Source of the DNA: Yuukianura sp. NJ FZ-2021
Taxonomy: Eukaryota
Assembly (NCBI GenBank): GCA_046563655.1
Contig: CM102288.1
Location: forward strand, 3,162,001 to 3,226,000
Length of the DNA stretch: 64,000 bases
Direction: 5' to 3'
Part shown: positions 1 to 13,139 of the stretch, piece after piece
How positions within the stretch are numbered: the first letter of the stretch is position 1
Layout: each line of letters begins with the position of its first letter
Made by a program: the position numbers and the translations under genes
Notes under the pieces: model-generated
The model's database searches: none
Told to the model about the DNA's origin: nothing
What the model saw: only the letters and a program-made list of their open reading frames with translations

Positions 1-10
1 TAAAGATGTT

Positions 11-335
11 TAACTTTAACAATTTAAACTAAAAGGTAACAACAGTTGACTTTTTTTTCTATTTAACCACGTAAAAAGTGATTTGTGTTAAATTTCTCAA
101 AGTAAAATGTGAAAATGTCTGAAAAGGGGAGTAAGGTGACGAAGTTTAAACTCTTCCGTATTATTTACCGTAAACAAACGGTACAAGTTGTACACTTACA
201 TTCCACGGTTCTTATCTACAGCCAATCAGAGACAAGATATCATTCATAATCTTGGAGGCAGGAGAAGTAAGCGTGATTACACCTTATTTGAATGATTTTT
301 TTTTTGAATTGGCGTCTCCCGCTAACTTTGAATTC
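11..335 (+). repeat. Direct repeat copy A (~320 bp, diverged), matching 2172-2515
   Basis: Shared blocks in the same order, e.g. gaaaatgtc-gaaaaggg, gtaaacaaacggtacaagttgtac, ttcttatctacagccaatcag, cattcataa, ggcgtctcccgc. Confidence 0.9.
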
Positions 336-796
336 ACAATTTGAACGCCGTCCATTTTTGCTGCGCCTGAAATATTTTCCAGGTATAACTTTCCTTTTGA
401 TAAAAACTTGTCGCGTTACATTGTGAAACTGCCGTTGGGAATTTTCTAATTTACTAAAATTTGAATTTTCTTACATTTAAAATTTAACTGGATTTCTAAA
501 ATTTAAGTGAAAGTTTATCATTGGATAAATTGGAACGCTGTTGGTTTGAGGAGTAGTAGTACAGAGTATATTGTAAAAAAAAGACAAAAGCTGTACGCAT
601 TATACCCGGCGACTAATTTTGCGGCTTGCCACTAACTAACTGTAATTGTGAAATCATTTGATCACTTAATTACAAACTTAATTGATTGTGGGCTAGACAC
701 TTTCCAGAATCAAAATTTAGAACACATTCTAGTGAAGTCCACTCAGGAAGCCGAGTTTGACGAGCATCGAATTTTGAAAATTCATTTTTCAAAAAT

Positions 797-2110
797 ATGT
801 TTCGAATTTTGACCTTGGTCCTGTTCTTGGCAATTATATCAAATGGAGATGCTTTTGTGAAATGGACTGGGCTGAGAGGTAGGGTAGAATCAAAACTTCA
901 AAACACGTTATGCTTTTAGTTTTTTGTTTAAATTTTGATTTGAAACCAGTCACATGGTGCTACAATCCAAAACCGGAAGAAACCCAATGCTTCGAAGCCA
1001 TTCCGAGAACAGCACATGAAGCAGAAGCTGCTGGATACGAAGAAATCAAAACTACTGGAGGATGTTACCATCATGGAAGATTTCATGGACGAAGATTCGC
1101 CAAAAAAGATAACATTGACATCACTCCTCTGTATGACATCAATGGAATCATAGCTGGACTTCAAATTCATGTAAATCCACAAAGATTTTGTTGTTTTAAA
1201 AAAGTTATACACAAAAGTCTTAAATTTTAGCGGCCAAAATCCGAATTGTTTGCAAAACCAAACCCGTATCAATATAGCAGAGTTCCAGTGTTCCAGAGTG
1301 ACGTCATCCGGGGAACTCCAGTCTACACCCACACGTTCTACTTTGTCCACCCAGGTAGCCATTAGTACAAAAATTCCATTTTTGAAATTTTGAACTTTGA
1401 GGTTTTAGAAATCATTGAAATTTGAAATTTTGACCAATAGACAGGATCTGCAGAGGAGGACGGACAGAACAGGAGCTGGAGGAAGAAGGCACTGGAACTG
1501 GACTGTGGATCCAAAATGGACCGAATACGCATGAGCACAACTTGATTCGCGTACCGCTGTACCGGGACGCTGCAATTGAGCAACGCTGGAGCGATAATCG
1601 TTGTGTTGACACGATGGGTAACGGTTTTTGAAAAATCGCAAAACTTAAAACATCGTTCGTCTTTTGAAATTGAAATTTTAGGTCAGCACAATTACTATGA
1701 TGTTCCATCTATGCAACCCACGAATTGTACAGTCATGCGCCCAATGTTCTTGACGTTCAATAATGAAGGGGAGCTCCACGGTTATGGCAGTGTCGGTATG
1801 GGAACTTTACAGTCAAACCGATTTGAGCGACCTGATGATTCTGGTGTAATGGTAGGATTTTTATGAAATCTGAACTTCTAAATTTCAAGTAAGTGCTAGA
1901 CCTTGACCTTTGACCCTCTAGCTGGCAGTGCTTGGAGAGAAGACTCCCCAGTGCCAGAAGGACTATGCAATGGACCCTGGATACAGCAATGTCCATGTCT
2001 TCTTTGTTGACAATCCCTTGGAATTCAAATGTGCACCATGGGTTCAAGTGGCTCATTCCAGGGACATTTACAACAACCCCAACACAAGACGAAAGTTCTA
2101 CGTTGATTAA
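797..2110 (+). CDS. Secreted protein of unknown function, Cys/Gly/aromatic-rich, about 6 exons
   Basis: ATG797 gives the signal peptide MFRILTLVLFLAIISNGDA. GT-AG introns join the ORF pieces VTWCYNP..FEAIPRTAHEAEAAGY..ITPLYDINGIIAGLQIH, YTHTFYFVHP, GTGTGLWIQNGPN, CVDTMGQHNYY..RFERP and PQC..GYSNVHVFFVDNP to TAA2110. It resembles an uncharacterised invertebrate family; no function is assigned. Confidence 0.8.
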
Positions 2111-2171
2111 AATACGTTTTTCTCAAAAAATTCTAAGCATGAAACCAAATAAAAAGTATAAAAACTACAAG

Positions 2172-2515
2172 TAACTTCAGCAATCAAAGTACAAAGTGAC
2201 AACATTTGGATTTTTTTTTATTTATGCAATGGATATTGTGATTTTTGTTAAATTTCGTAATGTAAAATGAGAAAATGTCCGAAAAGGGAAGAAAGGTGAC
2301 GAAACTTAGACTCTTCCATCGGATTTACAACTTCCGGTTTGGTTATAGTAAACAAACGGTACAAGTTGTACTACTCCACATTCCACTATTCTTATCTACA
2401 GCCAATCAGTGAGAAGCTTTCATTCATAAATTTTGGAGGAGGGAAAAGTAAGCGTCACTACACCTTATGTGAATGAGTTTTCTTTCGAATCGGCGTCTCC
2501 CGCCAAGTTTGAACT
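2172..2515 (+). repeat. Direct repeat copy B, matching 11-335
   Basis: Begins just after the AATAAA (about 2148) of the 797-2110 gene and is colinear with copy A. Confidence 0.9.
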
Positions 2516-2788
2516 TCATTTTGTTAAAGTTAATTTAAAGATTTGTTAAAGTTTGAAATTCAGCATTCCTTCAATGCTGTATGCTGATTTAACACTTTTT
2601 ATTTGATTTTATAATTAATGAATTAAGTAATTGAGATTAAGAGTGTAAAGTTTTCTAAAAGGAAGAACTAGCAGCTGAAGAGTATCTTCGTGATAAGGAA
2701 ATACAGCAACGGTAAATGTTAAAACGATTTTTGAGTATATCCGAATACTGATGAGTGTTTTTAAAAACAGGTTTTGCATTTGCAGTTT

Positions 2789-3507
2789 TTACGCTGGAGG
2801 TGGCTCAAGTCCATCGGGGTCAAAGGTGACCAGTTCAGTTTCCATGTCCGTGGTAGCTGTAGTAGTGACTTCAGCAAGCTCTGTAGCAAACTCTTCAGCT
2901 GATGCTGATGTCGCCGTACCTTCTACAAGGTCTTCTGGAGCAACAGCTTGCGTGGTCGTCTCGTTCTCCGGGTAGGCCGATGTCGTTTCCCTTGGTTCAT
3001 CTATGATTGCTTTTCCTTTTGCTGTTTTCAATCCGAGTCGTTTGATATAGATAGGCTCTTTTGCCACTAGAGGACCGTCCTTCACTTGAAGGTCCTTCAC
3101 TGGAGAATCATGGACCCGTGTGCCAAACGTATCATAGTCACCAAAGTCAACATCACGCCTTCCTGAAATAGATCTCAGAGACGCTGGAGGAGCAGCTACC
3201 AAGACTGGTGAATGCTCCACAGATCCACTTTGAAAATCCAATGATGGTCCAGGTAGGTCAAACAGTTGTCGCTGACCTTGTCGTTGTGCTGGTTGAACTT
3301 TAGATTCTAAAGATTGCTTTTCATTTTGCAGATCTTCACTGCTAGTCTCTTCTCTTGCAAATCTTGTCCTACCTGCCAAGTAATTGGAGTAATTAAGATT
3401 TGCCAAAGTGATAAGGAAGTGCACTAAAACTTGGCAATTGGCTTACCTTGGACTTGATCGTGATTCAAAATTGCGCAAAGTAGGAGGAGAAGTATCCTTG
3501 AATCCAT
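2789..3507 (-). CDS. Small secreted protein with an acidic, Thr-rich (mucin-like) C-terminus, 2 exons
   Basis: Exon 1 (3507-3447) encodes the signal peptide MDSRILLLLLCAILNHDQVQ. A GT-AG phase-1 intron (3446-3373) leads to exon 2, G-RTRFAREETSSED...DPDGLEPPPA*. RFAR is a possible furin site. Confidence 0.7.
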
Positions 3508-3699
3508 GATGTAATGAAGATTTAACTAACAATTTGTGGCTTGTGATCTTGTTCTCGCAGGAATTGCGTCTTGGCGTACGAACAAAGGAGTAATGGCAAA
3601 AGAACTCATCAAAGTCAGTCCAATTTATGATTCAATCTTTAAAAGAATCAGGTAAGCCTTTTACGTCCATGATTTACACATGTAGTTAATAATCTTACC

Positions 3700-4583
3700 T
3701 ACCACTTTTTAGGCGAATTTGAATTCGTCATCAACCAACAGACTCCTTTGAATTGGCGTGGTGTTTTCCGTAGAAATTCATATTGGGTAAGCCAATTCCA
3801 TGACTAAGGTGGTAAAACATCTCCGTCAACACCAATCCCACACTTCAATCAACAAATTAGAGATTTGAGTTGACCTTGCCATTTTTCATGTTCATGCAGT
3901 GTAACAAAAAACGGTGTTCCAAAAGACAATACAAGTGAATAGCTACTTCAAAGAAAATAATCTGTGAAGAATCATTGGAATTTAGGCCTTAAGTGGACAT
4001 GGATAACCAGAGATTATGCGTCCTACGTCTCTTTTGGATTCACGGAAAACCTTCTTTGTCTCAACCCATGGACATACCTGTACGGAGCATGTCGCAAAAT
4101 ATGCAAGTCATACTTTTAAAATTTCTATTTCTGGTGGCAAATTGCCAACTTGCTGACCGTTGTAGTGAAAGTGAAAATTTTGAATCTTGTTGGTTTTTAT
4201 AGCGTCATATTTTGCTGGAACTGCATGACTTGATGCATGAATTAATGCGTCAACAGTTGCAGTTGAAGAAATCATCCGATCTGGACAAAAACGGCTTTTC
4301 CAGATGACATTGTTATTGTCTGTTCCATCCAATGGAGCAGTGTTCCATGCAGAACCACGTGAGTTCAACTGCACTGTAAAGGGAACGTAAAATTCCATTT
4401 GGACAAAATACTTGACAATTACTAGTAACTGGACTAAAAATCTTTGAATCTAATCAAACAAGGGTTATTAGTAAGTGTCACAAACAACTGACATATTTAC
4501 ACATAAATTTAGTATTGCTCTCAATTGTTGTTGCTCAAGTGGGACATAACCCTGGATACTCCTTCATCGAATGTTCAGGTGCT
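3700..4583 (-). pseudogene. Possible decayed multi-exon gene
   Basis: Protein-like segments are bounded by plausible splice sites (SIQGYVPLEQQQLRAILNLC | IQRFLVQ...NNVIWKSRF...EIEILKV*LAYFATCSVQ | IIFFEVAIHLYCLLEHR) but carry in-frame stops. No family recognised. Confidence 0.25.
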
Positions 4584-4870
4584 GTTAAAAAAAACACTTA
4601 TGCTTGTTAGTACTTTTTGATTTTATGTCAAGTTTCATCAAGATCAAAATAGTCAGATGGCTATTTCGATGTTTCATGAATTTATGATTGACATGCCAAA
4701 CCTTTTGTTCCTATCAATTTTAAGTTGTCACTTCTGCATAAATACTCCGCCCATGGCGTGTCATTTCTGCTCCGGATTTCGAGTCAGGGATAGCTTTTGT
4801 TTTACTTTGTAAAACAAGGTTTTCGAAACAAAGTTGACACAAAAGACTAGCGAGGCATTTTTTTTATGAA

Positions 4871-7827
4871 ATGGGCTCTGCCACTTTCTTATTGGTAATG
4901 TTACGCAAAGCTGAATTAGTTTTTTAAGTTAATTTCATTTTCAGTTTTGGAAATTGCAGATTTGTTTGGGGCTGGTGCTGTCGACTTCTGGCCAGGATTT
5001 ACCGACAGTTTACGAATATTTTACTGCCGATGGGATTCAGACCGGATGGGAAGCTAATGGTCCCGGATTATTCAAGTATGTTTTCATAAAATGTTTTTCA
5101 AAATTGAAATTTTTTCAAATTTTCCCCACAATTTTCAGTTTTTTTAAAAAAATTTTTAGGTTGAATGGACGCGACATTCGGATAATCAGTGGAGCTTTGC
5201 ATTACTTTCGCGTTCATCCATCTCTCTGGAGAGATCGGCTCAAGAAGCTGCGAGCTGCTGGACTCAATACAGTAGAAACATACGTTCCTTGGAATCTCCA
5301 TGAACCGAGGATTGGCCAATTTGATTTCGGAGATGGCGGAAACGATTTTTCCCCATTTTTGAATGTGCGGAAATTTATTCAAATGGCCCAAGAAGAGGAT
5401 TTGCTTGTACTTTTCCGACCAGGCCCATACATTTGCTCAGAATGGGAGTTTGGTGGTTTCCCAAGGTTGGATTTTTCAAAAATTTAAAAATTCAAATGAA
5501 AAATTCAGCTCTATTGATTACTCAACTTGTTTTTATAGTTGGCTTCTGCGTGACCCTAACATGAAAGTTCGTACGTCATATCAACCGTTTCTCGACTACG
5601 TCACGGCCTACTTCGATGCACTCTTACCACAAGTTGCCGATTTACAATTTACAAATGGCGGACCAATCATTGGCATTCAGGTACAAGCACAAAATTTTGA
5701 AAAACTTGGAAGTTTGTTTAGAGTTTTATGAAATTCGATATTGCTTGCGGTTTAGATCGAGAATGAATACGGTTCGTTTTATCCGATACACAAATCGTAC
5801 TTGGAGCATATCAAAAATGCTTACGACAGGCACGGTTTTACTGGTCTTCAATTCACTTCTGACGGAGCCTACAATGGAGCCGACGGTGCTCTTCCAGAAC
5901 TCGGTGTTCTCATGACTGCCAATTTCCAGGGAGATCCAAAAAGCAACCTGGACAGACTTCTAGAAGAGCAGCCTGACAAGCCCACGATGGTCATGGAGTA
6001 CTGGAGTGGTTGGTTTGATCATTGGTTTGAAGAGCACCACACAGTTTCCGTGGAAGGTAAAAATCTGGACAACAATTACCGCATTTCCTCGACTACAACA
6101 CGCACTCGTATAAAACGACTATAAGACGCATTCTTGTATAATACGCACCCCAAAATTCTCAAAGTGATTAGCATATTAAGATCAAAACCGTTTAAAGTAG
6201 TTTAGCACATTTGCAATTCTTACAAATTTTTAGCAAAACCCTTCAGTTTTCAGCGAAAAGAAATGTTTTCTCTTCCAATTTTTTCTTTCTTCATTTCTCA
6301 GATAAGATGCGTCTTATAGTCGGGGAAATACAGTAACAAATTTTCAGTGTTTTTGAAATTGTTAGATCGTTTCGTTTTTTGATTTCCAGACTTCGGGGAG
6401 TGGCTCGAAGGAATCTTTACACACAGTCAAACATCAGTGAACTTCTACATGTTCCACGGTGGAACCAACTTTGGGTTCATGAATGGAGCAAATCGAATCA
6501 TTACATATACTCCGGATATCACTAGCTATGGTACGTTCCTCAGTCTAATTCGAACTTGCAATTTTTCGTAGCTTGAGCTCTGACCTTTCCTTATCAGACT
6601 ACGATGCACCTCTGTCCGAAGCTGGAGACTACACGGAAAAGTTCTACAAGGCAATGGAGCTGATCCGACAATACGAAATTCCGCAACTATTTCACCCAGA
6701 ACTGCCTGAACCAACTCAAAAAATTGCTTATCCAACTACCGATGTCACACACTACTTGACCTTCCCTGACATTCTGGGTCAAATTCCTTCTTCGTCAAAG
6801 TTTGAATCCGAGAGAGTGATGACCATGGAACTGTTGGACATGAACGATGGAAGTGGTCAAGGTCACGGCTATATTGTGTATGAAACCACCGTTGAATTTA
6901 CAGAGTTGACGGGAACTTTGACGGTGAGGGTTTGAAAAAATGAAATATTTTTTATGAAAAACTGAAATTTCTGATCCAATTTTCAGGTTCATTCTCCTGT
7001 CCATGACTTTGGAATTATTTTGTTGGATGATGAAATTGTGGGCGATCACACTGGAAACAGGACAGATTACTGGATGACAAGGTAAGAAATCATAAATCCA
7101 TTCAATTTGAAAACTGCATATGGAATGTGTCTGTTTTGTAGAAAGAACAAAGTTAACCTCACCGTCACCTCACTTGGATCTCACCGAATTGCAATCGTTG
7201 TGGAGAATATGGGACGTGTCAATTTTGGATACGAAGAGGACTTTGAACAGCACAAGGGACTCACCGGAGAGTTGTCATTCAATGACCAAGAAATTACGGG
7301 TTTCACAATTTATGCTGCTGAATTCAAACAGAGCTGGGTGGAAGGGTACAATTTTTAAAAATTTGCAACACTTTTGAATATTTTATGATAAAAAAAAACT
7401 CTGAATGAACTTTATTTTTAAACAGACTTACGAACTGGAGAACAATTGAAACTGGCGAGACAGTATCAGGTCCAGCAGTATTTCAAACAACACTGACGCT
7501 TGCGCAGGATCCCGTTGCTGATACCTTTTTGGACATGAGAAATTGGCACAAGGGAATTGTGTTTATAAACGGATTTAACTTGGGACGATACTTCAAAGTT
7601 GGTCCGCAGCAGACTCTGTACCTTCCAGCACCGTTTCTACATGCTGGAGAAAATACGGTAAATCACATGACAAATGAAAATTCGAGACATTTGAAAAGTT
7701 CAATGAACTTTTGGAAATATTTTAAATTTTTCTTGTATTTCAGATTACAATTTTTGAGCAATTGGAACCAAGTACTGAAGTTCGATTTACCGATACACCA
7801 ATTCTTGCATGCACCGGTTGTATCTAA
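4871..7827 (+). CDS. Beta-galactosidase, glycoside hydrolase family 35 (GLB1-like), multi-exon, with signal peptide
   Basis: Motifs [58 protein letters not shown] (acid/base Glu), [11 protein letters not shown] (nucleophile Glu), [61 protein letters not shown]. Stop TAA7827. Confidence 0.97.
6079..6333. mobile_element. Tc1/mariner-pogo (Tc2-like) MITE in a beta-galactosidase intron
   Basis: TA|ccgcatttcctcgactacaacacgc ... gcgtcttatagtcggggaaatacag|TA gives imperfect ~25-bp TIRs, TA flanks and an internal copy of cgactataagacgca. It explains why this intron is unusually long. Confidence 0.85.
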
Positions 7828-7924
7828 AATGGAATTGATTGTAAAAACTAAAATATTATAATATAATCCGATTTAATATATTAAATAATATATACCTATA
7901 ATTGCGAAGTATTTTAATTAAAAA

Positions 7925-7975
7925 TAACCAAGATGCTAACATGCGTGCTGGGGCATCGCTCCAGACCCCCCCTCA
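7925..7975 (-). mobile_element. Possible short remnant of a Helentron/HINE-like 3' end
   Basis: The minus strand reads ggggggtctggagcgatgccccagc...atcttggtt, similar to the GC-rich hairpin at about 59080-59114 and to the cttgtt ends of the elements at 58633-61065. Confidence 0.3.
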
Positions 7976-7984
7976 ATTGTCTTA

Positions 7985-8235
7985 ATTTTTAGCATTTTCG
8001 TGACTTTTCCAGAAGTCCTACTGTAGAAAATTAGAAGGTGTGATGATGTTTTCAAAAAACAATATTTTGGAATTTTAAAATTTCTCATAAATTAGGAAAA
8101 TGCACTTTAGTGATTTTCTCAGCGTAATCGTCAATTTTTCAGAAGTCCTACTGTAGAAAGTTAGAAGGTGTGATGGTGTTTTCAAAAAACAATATTTTGG
8201 AATTTTAAAATTTCTCATAGGAAAATACACTTTGC
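7985..8235 (+). repeat. Recent tandem duplication, period about 130 bp, two copies
   Basis: agaagtcctactgtagaaa-ttagaaggtgtgatg-tgttttcaaaaaacaatattttggaattttaaaatttctcata occurs at 8011 and 8141, nearly identical. Confidence 0.92.
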
Positions 8236-8418
8236 TATTGAATTTAAGTTTACATTTCCAGGGCGTTGCTGCTGTAAATAGAAGTGTTTCCTCCAGAAAG
8301 TTATGTAGCTGTGTCGTCACAAGAATTTGCTTACAATAATTGTAATTAAAAATTATTTTTAATTCAGACTCAGGATGCAAAAGTGACAACCAATTGATTG
8401 GTCCAGCTTGAAATCAAA

Positions 8419-9777
8419 ATGGGCTACTTCGGTTGTGGCGCCATGATTCAATTTTCAGTCATCGTAAGTACATTGCACTATGAAACTCTCAATTCCCTAA
8501 CCATTGACCTTTGACTTAGGGCTTGGTGACAATAGCATCAATGTGTAGCTTGTATGCTTGGTACGGAGACTACCTCTGGGCTGATGAACTCCAGCGCATC
8601 AAAGCGATATTTACAGATGAAGAACTGGAACTACTGGAGCGGAATGGCCAATTCTGGGACATTCCGTACTTGGGTGCTCTTGGAGGTCTCTACATTTTAA
8701 CAATTCTGCACACTGTGCTCTGTTTTTTGAGACAGCATAGCCGATTTCATAAATCGAAACTTGTAAGTTTCAAAATTCAACAAAATACCAAAATTTCAAA
8801 GTTAAAACCTAAATTCTAAATTGCAGAGCTTGATGATGACAGTGGTGATTGGACTTGGACTGATTGTGGTCAGCGCCTGTCCAGTCATCACTGCTTGGGT
8901 ATACGATGCCAACTACTACAAAGTACAAGAACATGACCGTCGTACCTACTCTTACCAAACGGAATTGTTCAACGGTTCGTCAATCAGTGTCAAAACGAAC
9001 TCAATTTTTCATTACTGCCATTTTGGCAATGGGCGCCCTCTGCAGTGGTCCAGACTCAAAGGAATTCGGATGAAAAAGTTCGGAAGCAACATTTGCCAAA
9101 AAGTGGGATTCCGCTACATCTCAGCCTTCCTCACACTCTACGCAGGACTAGTGTACTTGTTAACCCTGAAAGTGCTGGACAGTCGCCACCGTGACAAAAG
9201 TGCTGCTCACATTGCTCTGCTCTTTGACCTGTTCGGTGACCTCGAAGAGTCTATAACTGAATACAATGCAACCAGAGCAGCACAGGCAGAAGATGACGAG
9301 CACTTTGGTTTGCACATGGACATGCAAGCTTACAAACGTGAACTGCTTAAAAATACTTACCAAAATACAAAACTCCCGCCAAAATTGGAAGAATGGCTGC
9401 GGACTGGGAAGTATGAAGAGGAAGATGACGCAGCCTATGACATGGGAATTCTGGAGCCAAACCGGTATCATGTTTCGGAAGACTTGGAAGAAGATGCTGC
9501 CAGAGGTACGGTTTTTGAAATTTTGGTTAAAATTTTTTCAAAAGTAAGTTTTTGAATATTTAATACAATTTTTGAATTTTCAGGAATCCCGGGTTACTTA
9601 ACGAACATTATGGCAGCGAGACTGGAGACTGCGGGTGAAGCGGAAGCGAAAGAGAAAACAAAACGTGAAAATAAGGAAGTCGTGGATCAGCGTAAAGAAG
9701 AATGGATTGAAGCCCGAAAACAGCGTCTGCGTGCCAAACGAATTCGCTACGCCGAAGAAAGTGGAAAACGAGACTAA
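8419..9777 (+). CDS. Four-transmembrane protein of unknown function with a charged cytoplasmic tail, 4 exons
   Basis: MGYFGCGAMIQFSVI|GLVTIASMCSLYAWY (TM1), IPYLGALGGLYILTILHTVLCFL (TM2), SLMMTVVIGLGLIVVSACPVITAWVY (TM3), a Cys-containing loop of about 70 aa, YISAFLTLYAGLVYLLTLKVL (TM4), then an acidic and basic tail ending ESGKRD*. The GT-AG introns keep frame. The start codon is uncertain. Confidence 0.75.
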
Positions 9778-10959
9778 AAAGCAACGTTTTTGAAAATATG
9801 AATTCAACGCATAATTTTTTGAAATTTTAAAAAGAGCAAGCAGGAATTTCCAAAAACCTCGGAATTTGGAGCATCCTTATAAGTTTTTGCGAACATACGG
9901 GCAAAGACACTACTATTTCTTTTTCTTAACACAAGGTTTACGCCGTGACCTCTACTTGACCTGTAACTTTGTGTGTGCAAAAATGAGAGTGACTAAAAAG
10001 TTACATTGGTCACATGACTTAATTTCATTTAAGAGTTTAAAGTCCTTGACTTCTGATCTTAGGAAAATGTTATTTATGGTAAGAGATTTGGCACATGCCA
10101 CAAATTTGCACATGAACTTTCGCGTGCCTCCAATACTTTTTTACGTCTTGCAAATTTTATCTTCTCCGCAAGTTAACTTTTGAATAATTTCGTTGTTATT
10201 TTTTTCTCTTAAAGATTTTAAGTTCCTAACCTTAAAGATATTTCAGCTTGAATGAGATCCATTTCCTGCCTAAACCACAAAAAAGTTCATCTTGAAGCTC
10301 TTTCTATTCCAAAAAGACGCGCAACACTAAAAACAACCAACTCAAAAAAATTTACACCTTCTTTTTAGTTCTCAAAAGTTTTAAAAGTTCAGTTGCTAAA
10401 AAGCGTTCTGAATCACTTGACATCAAGGAAGGAAGCTCCTGTGAGCTTTCATAAGCTTTTCTTTGGTTCACTCACATTCCAAGAAAAAGTACTCCTGGAA
10501 TCGATTTTTTGCACGCGCTAGGCAATACTAAAAAACACAAAGAAAGGGGAGAAAGTAAGATCAAAAGTGAAAGTTGATTCACTTTTTCAACAAGTCTTGG
10601 ACAAAAATCTTCTAAATTCGGTTTCAAAATTTTTGATAGTTCAACATTTCAAAATTTTTTCATATTTCAACAATTCAAAATTTGAAATTTTTGTTAGTTC
10701 AGTTGTGAAATTTATGCTGTGACAATTTTTCGAAAAGTGCTTGCTTTAGTTTGAAAGATTAAGGTGCTAAAGTACAAGACGAAAGGTCAACACATGACCT
10801 TTGGTGGAAATTTTTTGATTAAAAGCTGGAACGAACCATGGCCAATATTTTTTTAGTGCAATAAACTTTAGTAGTTGAAATTGTAACAAGGTTCTGACTT
10901 CACATTGACATTTTTTTGTATGTAAAAATTCTCATTTTGAAGTGCCAATTTTTTGCACA

Positions 10960-12764
10960 ATGTGGGAATTATGGAAAGGAAAAAATCTAAGTGGATTTTG
11001 TATTTTTTGGAATTTTGTACTACTTTCTCTGTCTGTCTTACCACGACTGATTTTGTCCATGAGTCTTCCACAGCAAACGGGACTTGTCTACTCAGATGGT
11101 AAGAATTTCGATAAAATTTTGAAGATAAAATTATAAAATTTTGAAAAATTTTGATTTTCGAAATCTAGAAATGGACAATGATGGAGCTGGAAGTAGCAGT
11201 AGAGTTTCATCAGAATGGAAATATAATTCTCAAGGTCACACACAAATGACAAATCTATTTCGACACTCCAATTCAGTCAATGTCGAGTGGAACAAAATTT
11301 TTGTTTGTGGAGGGCAAGGAAATCCATGTGAGTTCAAAAAAAAAATTTTTGAAAACTTTTTTGAAATTTTGTTGTTTGTTTTGAAATTTCAGGTTGTGTC
11401 GATGGGCTAAGCGTTTTTCTCACTGTGTCTTCACTGGCCAAGTCCAGTCAAGGAGTCCTGCGTGACCGTCTGATAGAACTAAACTGGAATGCTGCCGAAC
11501 CGGTACGCGGTGATTGGGTCGGTTTATTCGACCATCCACCAGATGAGTACGGTACAGATCCCTTGACACAAGTATCGGTCCTCATGTCCCGCGGGTTCAT
11601 CACATCCGACTACCGGTTGGAACGAGTTCCGCTCCGGATCGGTCAAGACCATTGTCTAGGATACTGGATCGCTTATGTCCGGGAAGGTCGCGTTTTGCTC
11701 ACGAACTGCCTCCAGATCTACCCAACATGGATGCAAGACTTGCGAGATGTAATCGGTGACATGCCGATCCATGCCCTCATGATTCCCGGTACACACAATT
11801 CCGGTAGCTGGAAGGAATACGAGGGTCCAAGTTCCGATACCGTCTTTCTCCGATTTCTAGTTTGGTAACCGCCAAAACTTAAAAATTCATAAAAAAAAAA
11901 GTTTTTGATTTCAATTTTGAATCAGTCAGGATGAATCGGTCTACAATCAATTGATGCACGGAATCCGTTACCTGGATATTCGTGTTGGTTACTACGCAAC
12001 GGCTACTGCTGGTGGCGAACGGTTCTGGATCAACCACGACTTTTACCGAATGCGTCCTCTGTCGTCGCTGATCAACGACGTTAAGCGATTTGCTGAAGAG
12101 ACGAACGAAGTCGTCATTCTGGACTTTCATAGATTTCCGGTTGGATTTGATGGACGAAGAGAGCGACACACGGAACTTGTGGAGTATCTGAACAGTGAAC
12201 TGGAGCAGTTTACAGTACCGTCTTCCTTTTGGCCAAACGCCACACCCAATGAGATTTGGACTTCCAATCGATCTGTAATCATTTCATATGCTGATACCAG
12301 AACGGCTCAACAGTATCCCAACTTGTGGCCAACACTTCCTCAGGTCACTTTTCTAAAATAAAACAACAAAATCTCAGAAAAAATATCAACCAAAAATCAA
12401 AATTTTGAAATTTCTTTACCTAATTTCTCACAGTCGCTGTTCTTTGTTGTTTCAGGAGTGGGGCGACAAGAGAAATCTGCCTGAGCTTAAATCGTTCCTG
12501 GGCGAAGCCGTCAAGAAACGTGGCGGGAAAGGTCAAGTGTGGGCTGCCATGGCTGAATTTACTCCAAAACCACTTGACATCGTTCTAAGGCCCAATTTGG
12601 GCTTACGGACAATGGCCCAAACAGTAAACATCCCGGTGACATACTGGTTCCAAGATAAGACATGGTACTCCAAATCAAACGTAATTGCTACTGATTTCTT
12701 TCTGGGTAACAACGTTATTCAGATGAGCATCCTCTCTAATTACAAAAGAGCCAAGTGCATCTAA
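10960..12764 (+). CDS. PI-PLC X domain-containing protein (PLCXD-like), predicted secreted, 5 exons
   Basis: LMIPGTHNSG (catalytic His), QDESVYNQLMHGIRYLDIRV, FWINH (second His), EVVILDFHRFPVGF, NVIATDFFLG, and a hydrophobic N-terminus. Confidence 0.93.
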
Positions 12765-13139
12765 TTATATTTTTCTTTAAATATTAATTAATACTTCAGC
12801 CATTAACATTTCTAGACTAATTTTCAGAATTTTTAGACTCATAGGATCTCATGGTCAATTAAAACCCAAAAAATCATAATTCACTAATTCAAAAGCTTTA
12901 ATCAGAGAATCTAGTAATTCTGCAACTTTAGCATCTAACACAAATCTGTACAAGTGATGGTTTGATGGTTACTTCCTGCTTTAATCTTCCAGTCCTCCTT
13001 GAATTGCCGATTCAGCGATTCAAGAAAACCTTCTCATTGCCGAATCCATGAACTCTTGTTCACTTAACCTAAAAATGGTGACGATAAAAAAAAACTTATG
13101 CGTTTAGCATATTCTTCATCAGGCTCTGGCCCCGCCCCT

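Noticed and set aside
4871..7827. Horizontal transfer origin for the GH35 gene (or the PLCXD gene)
   Set aside because: Both are intron-rich and carry ordinary animal-type motifs; nothing in the sequence suggests transfer.
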